A stretch of DNA of 60,039 nt from Candidatus Limnocylindria bacterium (GCA_036265975.1 DATAOD010000069.1:1-60039), one strand, 5' to 3'; numbered from the stretch's first letter, positions 26,640 to 35,478 are shown. Notes: generated by a model not told the origin, from the letters alone. Translations and numbers: made by a program.

Positions 26640-27509
26640 TCAGGTGGGATCGGGCTGGCGATTGGCCGCCCTGCGGAAGACTTCCGTCGCGACCAATCGT
26701 TCCAGTAGCCGATCGCAAATCGCCTGGACGGACGGGCGGACTGGTGGTGGATCCTGGTGCCGGGCCTCGAGGACCATTTCCCGCAGGCGGTCCGGCGGGA
26801 TTGGCGTCCCGGCAAATTGGGCGATGCGGGTTGCATACGCATCCGGATCGGACACCAAGCCTTCGTACCGGATGACCATCATTTGCCCGCATGCATCAAG
26901 GCCTTGCTCGAACAACAGCGCGTTGCGGGCGAACCAAAAAAGGGCAGCAGCCTCCACATCGCTCAGCTGCGTCCCCGCCGAAAGGATGATGTCGCGGACC
27001 TCGGCGCTCATGCTCTCGGTCTGCCAGGGCTCCCCACCGGCGACGCCTTCACGCACCGCCGCCACCCAGCGCCGATGCAGTCCAGGCCAATGGGCGGCCG
27101 CTGAGGCCGCCACCGCTCGATAGTCTCGGAACATCCAGATGCCGCGACCCTCGCCGTAGTGAGCCAACAGCCGGGCCGCATGCTGCGACTCCGTGAGCGG
27201 CTTGAATACGAGGAATGGGGCGCGCGAGCCAGCCAGTGTTCGATCGATGACGCGTGTGCTGCGGAGTCGGTAGGCGTCCATAACATTCCGGTCTTCCTCG
27301 TAGAAGACCAGGGTCTGCGGCGACTGGTCCAACAGATCGAGCAGCAGCGTTGTCCCAGATCTTTGGCAGCCGAAGACGAAGAGCGGCGTGGTGGTCGTCC
27401 CGGATGGATGTTTAAGTCGGTTGCGGATCCTCTTTCCGATCTGGCGAAGATCGCGGGCCATCCGCACGTGTACGCGGGTCGATAGTGGAATGCGCCGAGG
27501 CATGGTCAT
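26640..27509 (-). CDS. Sulfotransferase family protein
   Basis: PAPS 5'-phosphosulfate-binding loop LFVFGCQRSGTTLL near the N-terminus and a later RDYRAV-type 3'-phosphate region. 289 aa. Confidence 0.72.
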   Translation of the reverse strand: MTMPRRIPLSTRVHVRMARDLRQIGKRIRNRLKHPSGTTTTPLFVFGCQRSGTTLLLDLLDQSPQTLVFYEEDRNVMDAYRLRSTRVIDRTLAGSRAPFLVFKPLTESQHAARLLAHYGEGRGIWMFRDYRAVAASAAAHWPGLHRRWVAAVREGVAGGEPWQTESMSAEVRDIILSAGTQLSDVEAAALFWFARNALLFEQGLDACGQMMVIRYEGLVSDPDAYATRIAQFAGTPIPPDRLREMVLEARHQDPPPVRPSVQAICDRLLERLVATEVFRRAANRQPDPT

Positions 27510-27870
27510 CAGAAGTGGATGGTCCTAACAAATGTGGCCGAAACGGTGAGACGCGGGCGCACCCACTTCCGACGTGCTCGGGCGGTGATGCTGTTGCCAT
27601 TCGAGTGAACCCGTATCCGTGCCAGTGCAGCCGGCGTGCCATCCCTGGCGTCTCGGGGCCCGAGGTCAATGGAATCGCTTACGCGTCCGACTCGATTAGA
27701 GCCATCCGAGTACGAATGTCCGGCGCATGAGAGGCTGGAAAGCAGGCTCCTGGCCGGACGGCACAGGCTTCCCGCGTCGATTCACCTGTCCACGAATGAG
27801 CCGTTGACCGAGTGCCTAGACTTCCGACCGTGAGCGAGAGCTGCAACATGCAAGCGCCGTCTTGCGCGTG

Positions 27871-28917
27871 ATGAGCTCCCGTTCGCGGGCGTGGGCATCG
27901 GTCGTGGGCGTGATGCTGTTGGTCGGCTGCACGGCGAGCCTATCCGGATCGCCGAGCGGCGCTGCGAGCAGCTTCGCGACCAGCAGCCCCGCTTCGAGTA
28001 GCTCCGCCCGAGGCACACCAACTGTGCTGCTTGATGACCGGATGTCGGCCGAGATCGGCATCATTGGCGCGGACTTTCCAATTCCGGCTTTCGGCTCGCT
28101 CTGGGTCGTGGCTGCTGATCGGCCGAAGCCTGCCGTAACCCGCGTCGATCCGGACACCAACGAGATCCTGGCCGAGATCCTCGTGCCCGGGCGGCTTTGC
28201 AACGGACTGGCGGCTGGCTTCGGGTCGATCTGGGCGTGCGCTGGGGACGGCATCGCCCGCATCGACCCGGCGACGAACAGAGTGACGGCCGTGATCGACG
28301 TGCCGGCCATCGGCCAAACGCGCCTCGCTGTGGCAGGCGGCAGCGTGTGGGCCTTCACCAGCCAAGCCGGCGTCGAGCCGGCCAACTCCCTGCTGCGCAT
28401 CAATCCGCGAACCGGAAGGGCGGTGACCATTGCGCTCGGTCACGTCGCCGGCACCATGACTGCTGCATACGGCTACCTCTGGATCACGAGCGTCGACGAC
28501 GGGCTTCTCCTGCGGGTCGATCCCACCACGGGAACGGTCGAAACGGTGATGGACGGCCTGCCGCAGCCATTCTTCGTGTCGGCCGGCCTCGCCAGCCTGT
28601 GGATTTCCCTTCATGCGAACGAGGAGGGAGGAGGAGCAAGGGGACAGACGACGGTCATCCGGGTCGATCCGAGGACCTTCGATGTTCAGGCCGAAGTTCC
28701 TGCCGGGCCGATCGGCACTACGGGTGAGGTCGTGGCCGGCGAGACCGGTATCTGGGTTCGGAGCGCGTCGACGTTCCTCACGCGATTCGACGCCCGGAGC
28801 TATGAGCCTCTCGAGGTCATCAACGCGACGAAGGGTGGCGGCTCAGTTGTGCTGGCCTTCGACACGGTCTGGGTGACCTCGTATGACTTCGGCCACCTCT
28901 GGCGCATCGACCCATAG
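27871..28917 (+). CDS. Seven-bladed beta-propeller lipoprotein (Vgb/YncE-like repeats)
   Basis: Signal peptide with lipobox LLVGC. Seven repeats ending in an R[IV]DPxT-like strand (RVDPDTNEI, RIDPATNRV, RINPRTGRA, RVDPTTGTV, RVDPRTFDV, RFDARSYEP, terminal WRIDP). Each is preceded by an xxWV/WI strand. ATG at 27871 preferred over the TTG at 27862. Confidence 0.75.
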   Translation: MSSRSRAWASVVGVMLLVGCTASLSGSPSGAASSFATSSPASSSSARGTPTVLLDDRMSAEIGIIGADFPIPAFGSLWVVAADRPKPAVTRVDPDTNEILAEILVPGRLCNGLAAGFGSIWACAGDGIARIDPATNRVTAVIDVPAIGQTRLAVAGGSVWAFTSQAGVEPANSLLRINPRTGRAVTIALGHVAGTMTAAYGYLWITSVDDGLLLRVDPTTGTVETVMDGLPQPFFVSAGLASLWISLHANEEGGGARGQTTVIRVDPRTFDVQAEVPAGPIGTTGEVVAGETGIWVRSASTFLTRFDARSYEPLEVINATKGGGSVVLAFDTVWVTSYDFGHLWRIDP

Positions 28918-29028
28918 CCCCAAAGCCCCCTCGGCCTAGGTGCTCCTCGGAGGCCCAGGTACTTCGAGCAACCTGCCAAAAGGGTTTAAATGAGCTGGCA
29001 CGCTTTGTAAGTAAACGCCACCTGCGTG

Positions 29029-29226
29029 TCAGGCTGCACCCAGTGATTCGAAATCACCGATCGCCTGCCAGCATTGCTCCTCGACCGAACCTTTAGCCAA
29101 GGCAGGCCCTTCGGCCACGCTGATCCACCCTTCCTCGAAGCGGTACAAGCCCCGGACTTGCCAGCCGAGCGGCAGGGAAGCTTCAGCGGATACCCATGCC
29201 GGTGAGAGGGCTCCGAGTTGGGCCAT
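29029..29226 (-). CDS. Hypothetical 65-aa protein
   Basis: ATG at 29226 lies 6 nt after the stop of the upstream lipoprotein gene. No family recognised. Confidence 0.35.
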   Translation of the reverse strand: MAQLGALSPAWVSAEASLPLGWQVRGLYRFEEGWISVAEGPALAKGSVEEQCWQAIGDFESLGAA

Positions 29227-29231
29227 CGCGA

Positions 29232-29858
29232 TCAACTGCCCGAGAACTGGACCGTGGTGATGAGTTCGAGAAAGGCGGAGCGGACCGCTTCGTCTGACGT
29301 GGCACGCGACGGGTCCTGGACGGCAAATACAAAGCCAGTGGCTCCGTGAACTGTTACTGCCGTCATGACAAACAGGCCCCCGACCGGCGGGCAGTGCGAG
29401 CCGAGTAGGCGAGCCGCCTCCTTGCCTATCAGCAGCTCTTCATTCGTCGCAGGCTGCGTTGGGCACGGATGGTCCGTTGCGGCGGCTCGCACTGCGGCCG
29501 CCGTCCATTCGCTCAGGCTGCCATCGAACGGAGCGGCATATGCCCACACGGTGAGCTGTCCTGCCGGAGCCGAGAAACGATCGACGGAAAGCCCGTCGTA
29601 TCCTGGCGCTCCCGTGCCATCCCAAGTGCGAAAGGCTTGCCCGCCGACCCAGCCTGCGGGAAGGGTGAGCGAGTAGCCATAACGACGAGAGGCAAACTCG
29701 GTCGCCTGCGCTGGCGTGCCGGCAAGCGTCGGAGACGGTGACGCCATCGCTGACTCGCGCTCGCCCACGCTGCTGAAGATGGTCGACTGCGTAGTCCCGC
29801 ACGCGGCCAATACCGCAGCAGCGCAGGAAACCAGGATGGCCTTGAGGACCCGGGTCAT
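29232..29858 (-). CDS. Hypothetical lipoprotein (PsbP/LpqN-like pattern)
   Basis: Signal peptide with lipobox VLAAC. The YGYSLTLPAGW strand is typical of PsbP-like or mycobacterial LpqN/LpqT-type lipoproteins (tentative). Confidence 0.6.
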   Translation of the reverse strand: MTRVLKAILVSCAAAVLAACGTTQSTIFSSVGERESAMASPSPTLAGTPAQATEFASRRYGYSLTLPAGWVGGQAFRTWDGTGAPGYDGLSVDRFSAPAGQLTVWAYAAPFDGSLSEWTAAAVRAAATDHPCPTQPATNEELLIGKEAARLLGSHCPPVGGLFVMTAVTVHGATGFVFAVQDPSRATSDEAVRSAFLELITTVQFSGS

Positions 29859-30013
29859 GCTGCATTCTCCGACCGTGGACTTTTGGCCCGAATACTAAAA
29901 CCGGTCCCACCTGGAGCAAATGCTTCGGCCAATGAGCGATTCTGGTGACGACGGCGATCATGAAGGCGAGGACGTCTCGGCGAACCAGATTTCGATCTTC
30001 ACCCGCCGCGACT

Positions 30014-30048
30014 CCTGACCCCGGCCCACAAGAGGGGCTGGGGTCAGG
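30014..30048 (-). terminator. GC-rich stem-loop downstream of the 135-aa secreted-protein gene
   Basis: CCTGACCCCGGCCC-acaagag-GGGCTGGGGTCAGG: 14-position stem with one G-T/C-A position, 48 nt after the stop at 30096. No U-tract. Confidence 0.35.
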
Positions 30049-30095
30049 ATGGCCAATGCTGCCACGGAGTCTGGCCGAGGCTAGCCCAGCCTCGC

Positions 30096-30503
30096 CTAGT
30101 GACTGAGCGCGGCGAAATAGATGGCGACGATCCGTGCTCCGACGAGGTCGACCAAGTGGTCGAGCCCTTTGCCGTCAGCAAGGTTCGGATTGCTCGAACC
30201 CTCGCCAATCGTCTTGTCGCTTCGAATCACCCATCCGCCAGCCGGTAGTCCCTCTGCAATCGCCTCATCCACCGCCCACGAGATCTGCTCCGGGGAGAGG
30301 GCTGGTCCACCCACGTCTGAGTTGATGAACCCGAAGACATCAGCCAGTGTGAGGTTGGACCAGCGACTCGAGTGCAGCGCGCCAGCATCACCCTGCGCCG
30401 ATCGGCTAGATATTACGCACTCGTGTCCGAGCACCACGCCAGCCGTGCCGACTAACAAGGTGCACGCCAGCAGCGAGGCCGCGAGCCCACGACGAATCGA
30501 CAT
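30096..30503 (-). CDS. Hypothetical secreted protein
   Basis: 135 aa with N-terminal signal/TM segment (LAASLLACTLLVGTAGVVLG). GGAGGAG lies 7 nt upstream of the ATG. No family recognised. Confidence 0.6.
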   Translation of the reverse strand: MSIRRGLAASLLACTLLVGTAGVVLGHECVISSRSAQGDAGALHSSRWSNLTLADVFGFINSDVGGPALSPEQISWAVDEAIAEGLPAGGWVIRSDKTIGEGSSNPNLADGKGLDHLVDLVGARIVAIYFAALSH

Positions 30504-30725
30504 TTACCATCTCCTCCATGAGGGGTTCTGCAGCGGGCAGAAGCCGGGTGAACCCCACTCCTCGGCCCGCGTTGAAACCGCCGGCCAACAGGTTGACAGC
30601 CTACCCCTTCACCCCGGGGTCGCAAGCGGGGCGGTGCGTCCCAGCACCGCGATCGTGTTATGGGGTAACGGTCTCCGTGTGGATCACCCGACCGCGCTGA
30701 GGGCCTCATTTGGTGCCCGGATATT

Positions 30726-30802
30726 TGGTCGGGGCGAAAGGATTCGAACCTTCGACCTCCTGAACCCCATTCAGGTGCGCTACCAGGCTGCGCTACGCCC
30801 CG
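30726..30802 (-). tRNA. tRNA-Pro (anticodon GGG)
   Basis: 77-nt cloverleaf on the reverse strand: acceptor CGGGGCG/CGCCCCG, D stem GCGC/GCGC, anticodon stem CCTGA/TCAGG with loop ATGGGGT, T arm GAAGG-TTCGAAT-CCTTT, encoded CCA. Confidence 0.9.
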
Positions 30803-30920
30803 ACCGTGGCTCGCAGTCTACGACAGCGCCCCGGCAGGAGCCACGAGACCTCAACCAAATTCACTTCGCACATTTCGGAGTTGACAGAAATCTGGGAAGC
30901 GGCGCAGAATAACCCACGGC

Positions 30921-31421
30921 ATGACCCCGATCCCAGACAAAGACGCTCCCCCGTCCATCCACCACTACGACGAGTTCATCGAGGGCTTCGCGGCCCTGAT
31001 GGAGACCCGCGGCGTCCCCCGCGCCGCCGGCAGGATCTTCTCCTACCTGCAGGTCTCCGAGCCCCCCGAGCAGACAGCAGCGCAGATCTCCGCAGCCCTG
31101 GGCGTGAGCCTGGGCACCGTCAGCAGCATGACGCGCCTGCTCATGAATGCCGGCTGGGTCCGGCGGACGACGCGACGCGGCGAACGGCAGGCCGTGTATC
31201 GGGCCGCAGAGGGGACCATGACGCTCGCGGTGGACGGCGTGATGGAGCCGATCCGCCAAGCGCGGAGGCTGACGAGCCGCGGCCTGGAGCTCATGGCTGA
31301 CCGTCCGGAAACGGCGCGGGCCCGGCTGCGGGAGCTCGATGACGTCTATCGGTTCTTCGAGGACGAGTTTCCACTGATCCTCGAGCATTGGCACAGGAGG
31401 GAAGAAAGCACCAGCTCATGA
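30921..31421 (+). CDS. GbsR/MarR-family winged-helix transcriptional regulator
   Basis: GVPRAAGRIFSYLQVSEPPEQTAAQISAALGVSLGTVSSMTRLL is a GbsR-type wHTH. Stop overlaps the ABC ATPase start (ATGA). Confidence 0.75.
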   Translation: MTPIPDKDAPPSIHHYDEFIEGFAALMETRGVPRAAGRIFSYLQVSEPPEQTAAQISAALGVSLGTVSSMTRLLMNAGWVRRTTRRGERQAVYRAAEGTMTLAVDGVMEPIRQARRLTSRGLELMADRPETARARLRELDDVYRFFEDEFPLILEHWHRREESTSS

Positions 31422-32359
31422 CATCGCTGATCCACACGGAACAGCTCACCAAGTCGTACGGCACCCACCGCGGGATCATCGAGGTCGACCTCGACATCCC
31501 GGAGGGCGAGGCCTTCGGCTTCCTGGGCCCCAACGGCGCGGGCAAGACGACCATGATCCGGACGCTGCTCGACCACATCCGGCCGACCAGCGGGCGTGCC
31601 GAAATCTTCGGGATTGACACGACCGTCGACCCGGTCGCCATCCACAAGCGCCTGGGCTACCTGCCCGGAGAGTTCGTCCTCTACGACAAGCTGACAGGCG
31701 GCCAGACGATCGAGTACTTCGCCAACCTTCGCGGTGGCGTGGACCCCGCCTACCAGGCCGATCTGATCGAGCGCCTGGACGTAGATCCGTCGCGGAAGTT
31801 CCGCGAGTACTCAAAGGGCAACAAGCAGAAGATCGGGCTCATCGTGGCGCTGCAGCACCGGCCGGAGCTGCTGATGCTGGACGAGCCGACATCGGGCCTG
31901 GACCCGCTGGTGCAGCAGGCGTTCTACTCAGTCATCCGCGAGGCCAAGGCCGAGGGACGGACGCTGTTCATGTCGAGCCACATCCTGTCCGAGGTGGAGC
32001 GCACCTGCGATCGCGTGGCCATCATCCGCGAGGGGCGGCTGGTGAAGGTCGACCGCGTCGAAGCGCTGCGCGACATGGCACATCACACCGTGGAGCTCGT
32101 CTTCGCCGGCCCGGTGCCAACGGCTGTCTTCTCTGCGTTGCCGGGCGTCAGCGAGGTCGTCGCGGAGGACCACGTGCTGCGGATGCGGGTGTCCGGTCCC
32201 ATCACCCCCGTCGTCAAGACTGCGGCCGGCTATGACCTGTCCGACTTCATCTCGCGCGAGCCGACGCTCGAGGAGACGTTCCTGGCCGTCTACGGTCCGC
32301 AGGGCGACAGCGAAGGCGCTGCGCCGATGGCCGGCACGGCCGGCGAGGTGGCGTCATGA
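31418..32359 (+). CDS. ABC transporter ATP-binding protein
   Basis: Walker A GPNGAGKTT, signature YSKGNKQK, Walker B LLMLDEPTSGLD. Start trimmed to the ATG at 31418. Confidence 0.9.
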   Translation: MTSLIHTEQLTKSYGTHRGIIEVDLDIPEGEAFGFLGPNGAGKTTMIRTLLDHIRPTSGRAEIFGIDTTVDPVAIHKRLGYLPGEFVLYDKLTGGQTIEYFANLRGGVDPAYQADLIERLDVDPSRKFREYSKGNKQKIGLIVALQHRPELLMLDEPTSGLDPLVQQAFYSVIREAKAEGRTLFMSSHILSEVERTCDRVAIIREGRLVKVDRVEALRDMAHHTVELVFAGPVPTAVFSALPGVSEVVAEDHVLRMRVSGPITPVVKTAAGYDLSDFISREPTLEETFLAVYGPQGDSEGAAPMAGTAGEVAS

Positions 32360-34032
32360 CTGCGGCCGTCGCCCATTCCCAGCAGATCTCCCTGCGCAGC
32401 CGCCTCATTGGCTTCGGCAGCGTCTATGGAAAGTCGATTCGCGACTCGCGGCGCGCCTTCCTGATCGCCGCGATCTTCCTGGGCGTCTTCCAGTTCGTGG
32501 TCCTGGGCGCGGTCTCGAGCATCTACTCGACGCCGGAGGCGCGGCAGGAGATCGTCAACCTGGTGCGACAGCTGGGCGTCACGGCATCGGGCATGGCCGG
32601 CAATCCGGTGAACATCGACACCCTGGGCGGCTACGTGTCGTGGAAGTACGGGTCGATATTCGTGGTCTTCGCCGGCATGTGGTCGATCCTGGCACTGTCC
32701 GGCACGCTGGTGGGCGAGGCGCGCCGGGGCAGCCTGGACCTGCTGGCAGCGACACCGCTTTCGAAGCAGCAGATCGCAGTTCAGAAGGTCGGCGCGCACG
32801 TGACGCTGCTGGCCATCATCGTCGCCATCCAGACGCTTGCCGCCTGGGCTGGAGGCGCCGCGTATGCCAAGTCTGCGTCCGACCAGGTGTCCTTCGCGGG
32901 TGCGTTTGGCTTCGCGGCGTGGATCGGCCTGATGGCCCTTGCCTTCGGCAGCCTGGCGCTTGTGGTCTCCCAGTTCTGGGGCAGGGCCGCGGGGGTGGGC
33001 GTGGCCGGCGGCCTGCTCGTGGTGGGCTGGATCGCCCAGGGCTACCACTCCGTGATCCCCGGGTTGGGGGCGCTCACCGTGCTCACGCCCTGGGCGTGGA
33101 CCTACGACCACGTGCCGCTGGCAGGGCAGTTCCACTGGCTTTCCGTGCTACCGCTGGCGCTGGTACCGCTGGTCCTGCTGCCGCTGGGCATCTGGATCTT
33201 CGCGCGACGCGACATCGGCGCAGCGACATCGCCGGGTATCCGCCTGCCGGGGCGCGCACCGCGCATCGCCGTGGGCCTGGGTGGCCCGATCAGCCGCTCG
33301 TTCGCCGAGCGCCTGCCGCTGGCACTGGCCTGGGGCTTTGGCCTTGGCGCCTTCATGCTGGTGATGGCCAGCATCAGCCCGTCACTGTCCGACGCCGTCG
33401 GGAAGTCGCCGGACCTGATGAAGGTATTCCAGTCGATCTTCCCCGGCTTCCAGCCCAACGCGGGGGGCTTCCTGCAGCTGATGCTGCAGCTGCTGTTCAT
33501 CGTTGCCGGCCTGGCCGGCGCCACGCTGGTGTCCGGCTGGGCCTCCGACGAGACGACGGGCAGGCTCGAGATGGTGCTGGCGACGCCGCTGGCACGTGCC
33601 GCCTGGGCCGTTCGGGCAGGGCTTGGCATGTTCGCCGGAGTGGCACTGATGACGCTGCTCCTGGCCGCCGGCGTGGCAATCGGCGCGGCCGGATCAGGGA
33701 GCGACGTGCTCACTCCGTTCCTGGGGACGTTGACGCTCGGGCTGTTCGCCCTCGCGGCCACGGGTGTTGGCCTGGCCATCGGCGGCATCTTCCGCACGAG
33801 CGTCGCGGCCGAAACGGTCGCACTGCTGGTGGTGGCGACCTACCTGCTCGACGTGCTGGGTGAGGCGCTGAGCTGGCCCGACTGGACCCGGCAGCTCACG
33901 CTCACGGCCCACATGGGCCGCCCCATGATCGGCGAGTGGGACCTGGTCGGCGTGGTGGCGTGCCTGGTGCTGGCACTGGGGGGCATGGCTCTCGGCGCGT
34001 GGGGCATCGCCCGGCGCGACCTCAGGAGCTAG
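32356..34032 (+). CDS. ABC-2 type exporter permease
   Basis: 558 aa, about 12 TM helices arranged as two similar halves. Start overlaps the ATPase stop by 4 nt. Confidence 0.78.
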   Translation: MTAAVAHSQQISLRSRLIGFGSVYGKSIRDSRRAFLIAAIFLGVFQFVVLGAVSSIYSTPEARQEIVNLVRQLGVTASGMAGNPVNIDTLGGYVSWKYGSIFVVFAGMWSILALSGTLVGEARRGSLDLLAATPLSKQQIAVQKVGAHVTLLAIIVAIQTLAAWAGGAAYAKSASDQVSFAGAFGFAAWIGLMALAFGSLALVVSQFWGRAAGVGVAGGLLVVGWIAQGYHSVIPGLGALTVLTPWAWTYDHVPLAGQFHWLSVLPLALVPLVLLPLGIWIFARRDIGAATSPGIRLPGRAPRIAVGLGGPISRSFAERLPLALAWGFGLGAFMLVMASISPSLSDAVGKSPDLMKVFQSIFPGFQPNAGGFLQLMLQLLFIVAGLAGATLVSGWASDETTGRLEMVLATPLARAAWAVRAGLGMFAGVALMTLLLAAGVAIGAAGSGSDVLTPFLGTLTLGLFALAATGVGLAIGGIFRTSVAAETVALLVVATYLLDVLGEALSWPDWTRQLTLTAHMGRPMIGEWDLVGVVACLVLALGGMALGAWGIARRDLRS

Positions 34033-35113
34033 CGGGGCGTCCCTCAGCCAAGGCCATCCTCGCCTGGGCGGCAACCTCCGGACGCGCCTCGGAGGCTGCC
34101 CGCCGCAGGAGTCCCCTGGCGTCCGCGCTCAGCGGACCGGCATTCGCCAGGGCCGCGATCGCATTGCGCAGGAGCCGATGCCTGCCGGCACGGGTGAGCG
34201 CGGTATTCCCCACCGCGCGCGTGAACGCGCGTGAGCCGATGGGCAGGAGCCACTCGATCAAAGGGATAAGTGGCACGAGCATGGAGCCCGGGTCATCCGC
34301 CTCCGCGTTGACCGGGCAGACCTCCTGGCAGATGTCGCAGCCGAAAATCCAATCTCCAAGGGCCGATGCCTCCTGCGAGGACAGCGCGCCGGGATGCTCG
34401 ATGGTCAGGTAGCTGATGCAGCGCCGCGCGTCGATCGTCTGGGGACCGATGAGCGCGCCGGTCGGGCATCCGTCCAGACAGCGCGTGCAGCCCCCGCAGC
34501 TGCTGCGGATGGGCTCGTCCGGCTGGAGCTCCGCGCTGGACATGATGGTGCCCAGGAAGACCCACGAGCCGGCGGTCGCGTGGGTCAGCAGGTTGGTGTT
34601 CTTGCCGATCCAGCCCAGGCCGGCGCGCGCGGCGTAGGCGCGCTCCGCCAGCGGACGGTCATCGACGTACGCGGTCTGTCCCGCCTCGACACCGGCCGAG
34701 CGAAGGTCCCCGGCCAGCGCCTCCAGGCGGCCGCGCAGGGAGCGGTGGTAGTCGCTGCCCAGCGCGTACCGGGCGATGCGTCCCGCGGGACGCTGCGGCT
34801 CGCCGCTCAGGACCGGAGCCAGTGCTCCTGCCAGGGCATCCGGCGCCGGATCCCAGGCAGCGCGTCCGTTGTCGTACGGCGCCGCGACCACGATGAGCGA
34901 GCGCGCCTGGGGGTCGTGGCGGCGCGGGTCGGTGGCTGTCGCCGGGCGGTCGCCGCCCATCCAGCCCATGCTGCCCATTCGCCCCGCGGCCGCGCTGTCG
35001 GCCATGCGCTCGCGGTCCTGCGGTAGTGCCGTCACAGCGGTGACACGCAGCAGCTCCAGCCCGTGCCGCGCGGCAAGGTGCCGCAGCTCGTCGCGGGCGG
35101 CGGTTCGGCTCAT
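34022..35113 (-). CDS. queG: tRNA epoxyqueuosine(34) reductase
   Basis: Two 4Fe-4S motifs (CGGCTRCLDGCPTGA, CDICQEVCPVN), a cobalamin-domain core and a C-terminal HEAT-like tail (LLRNAIAALANAG). Confidence 0.85.
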   Translation of the reverse strand: MSRTAARDELRHLAARHGLELLRVTAVTALPQDRERMADSAAAGRMGSMGWMGGDRPATATDPRRHDPQARSLIVVAAPYDNGRAAWDPAPDALAGALAPVLSGEPQRPAGRIARYALGSDYHRSLRGRLEALAGDLRSAGVEAGQTAYVDDRPLAERAYAARAGLGWIGKNTNLLTHATAGSWVFLGTIMSSAELQPDEPIRSSCGGCTRCLDGCPTGALIGPQTIDARRCISYLTIEHPGALSSQEASALGDWIFGCDICQEVCPVNAEADDPGSMLVPLIPLIEWLLPIGSRAFTRAVGNTALTRAGRHRLLRNAIAALANAGPLSADARGLLRRAASEARPEVAAQARMALAEGRPASS

Positions 35114-35478
35114 TCGCCGGGCAGGACCACGCCCACCAGCCGTTGATCCTGGTAGACACCCTCAAGCTTGCCGCTGCGCACCCGCCGACGCACGGTGCTG
35201 ACGCTGATGCCCAGCCGCTGCGCCGCATCAGCAAGCTCCAGGTGGCCGTCGCCGTCGTCCAGGTCCAGCCGATCGGCCACGATCTTTTCGTGCCGCACCC
35301 GTTCGGCTTGGTCGGAGATCCATCGCCGCTCGAACGCGCTGCCGTGGAACCGGCGGCGGCCCGCCGACACGGCGCGCTCCTGCCGGGTGATGACGCCAAT
35401 GCCGATCAGGACGAGGCCGACGCCCGCCGAGAGGAGGCCCAGCAAGAGGGTAAGCAGGGTTCGGCGTTCGCCGCTCAC
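35110..35478 (-). CDS. TM-anchored excisionase/MerR-type HTH protein
   Basis: N-terminal TM (LLTLLLGLLSAGVGLVLIGIGVI) and C-terminal HTH LELADAAQRLGISVSTVRRRVRSGKL. GTGA overlap with gpsA and ATGA overlap with queG. Confidence 0.6.
   Translation of the reverse strand: MSGERRTLLTLLLGLLSAGVGLVLIGIGVITRQERAVSAGRRRFHGSAFERRWISDQAERVRHEKIVADRLDLDDGDGHLELADAAQRLGISVSTVRRRVRSGKLEGVYQDQRLVGVVLPGE

Larger units (their letters stand above)
25933..30738. mobile_element. Putative integrase-less genomic islet inserted at the 3' end of tRNA-Pro
   Basis: Bounded by identical direct 12-mers GGTCGGGGCGAA (25933-25944 and 30727-30738, the latter being the tRNA-Pro 3' end). Visibly lower GC in spot counts. 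Cargo is only exported or unknown proteins plus a sulfotransferase. Confidence 0.4.

Noticed and set aside
27521-27530. GGTCCTAACA resembling the 44.3 kb repeat (GGTCCTAATTCAC)
   Set aside because: Only 8 nt match. That is expected by chance in 60 kb, so I do not treat it as another copy.
30592-30597. Perfect TTGACA -35 hexamer on the plus strand near tRNA-Pro
   Set aside because: There is no acceptable -10 element at 16-18 nt, and no plus-strand gene downstream before the minus-strand tRNA.
32232-33863. 543-aa plus-strand ORF in an alternate frame of the ABC permease
   Set aside because: Same strand but a different frame from a 12-TM permease whose start overlaps the ATPase stop. The alternate frame is Arg/Gly/Pro-rich and not membrane-like.
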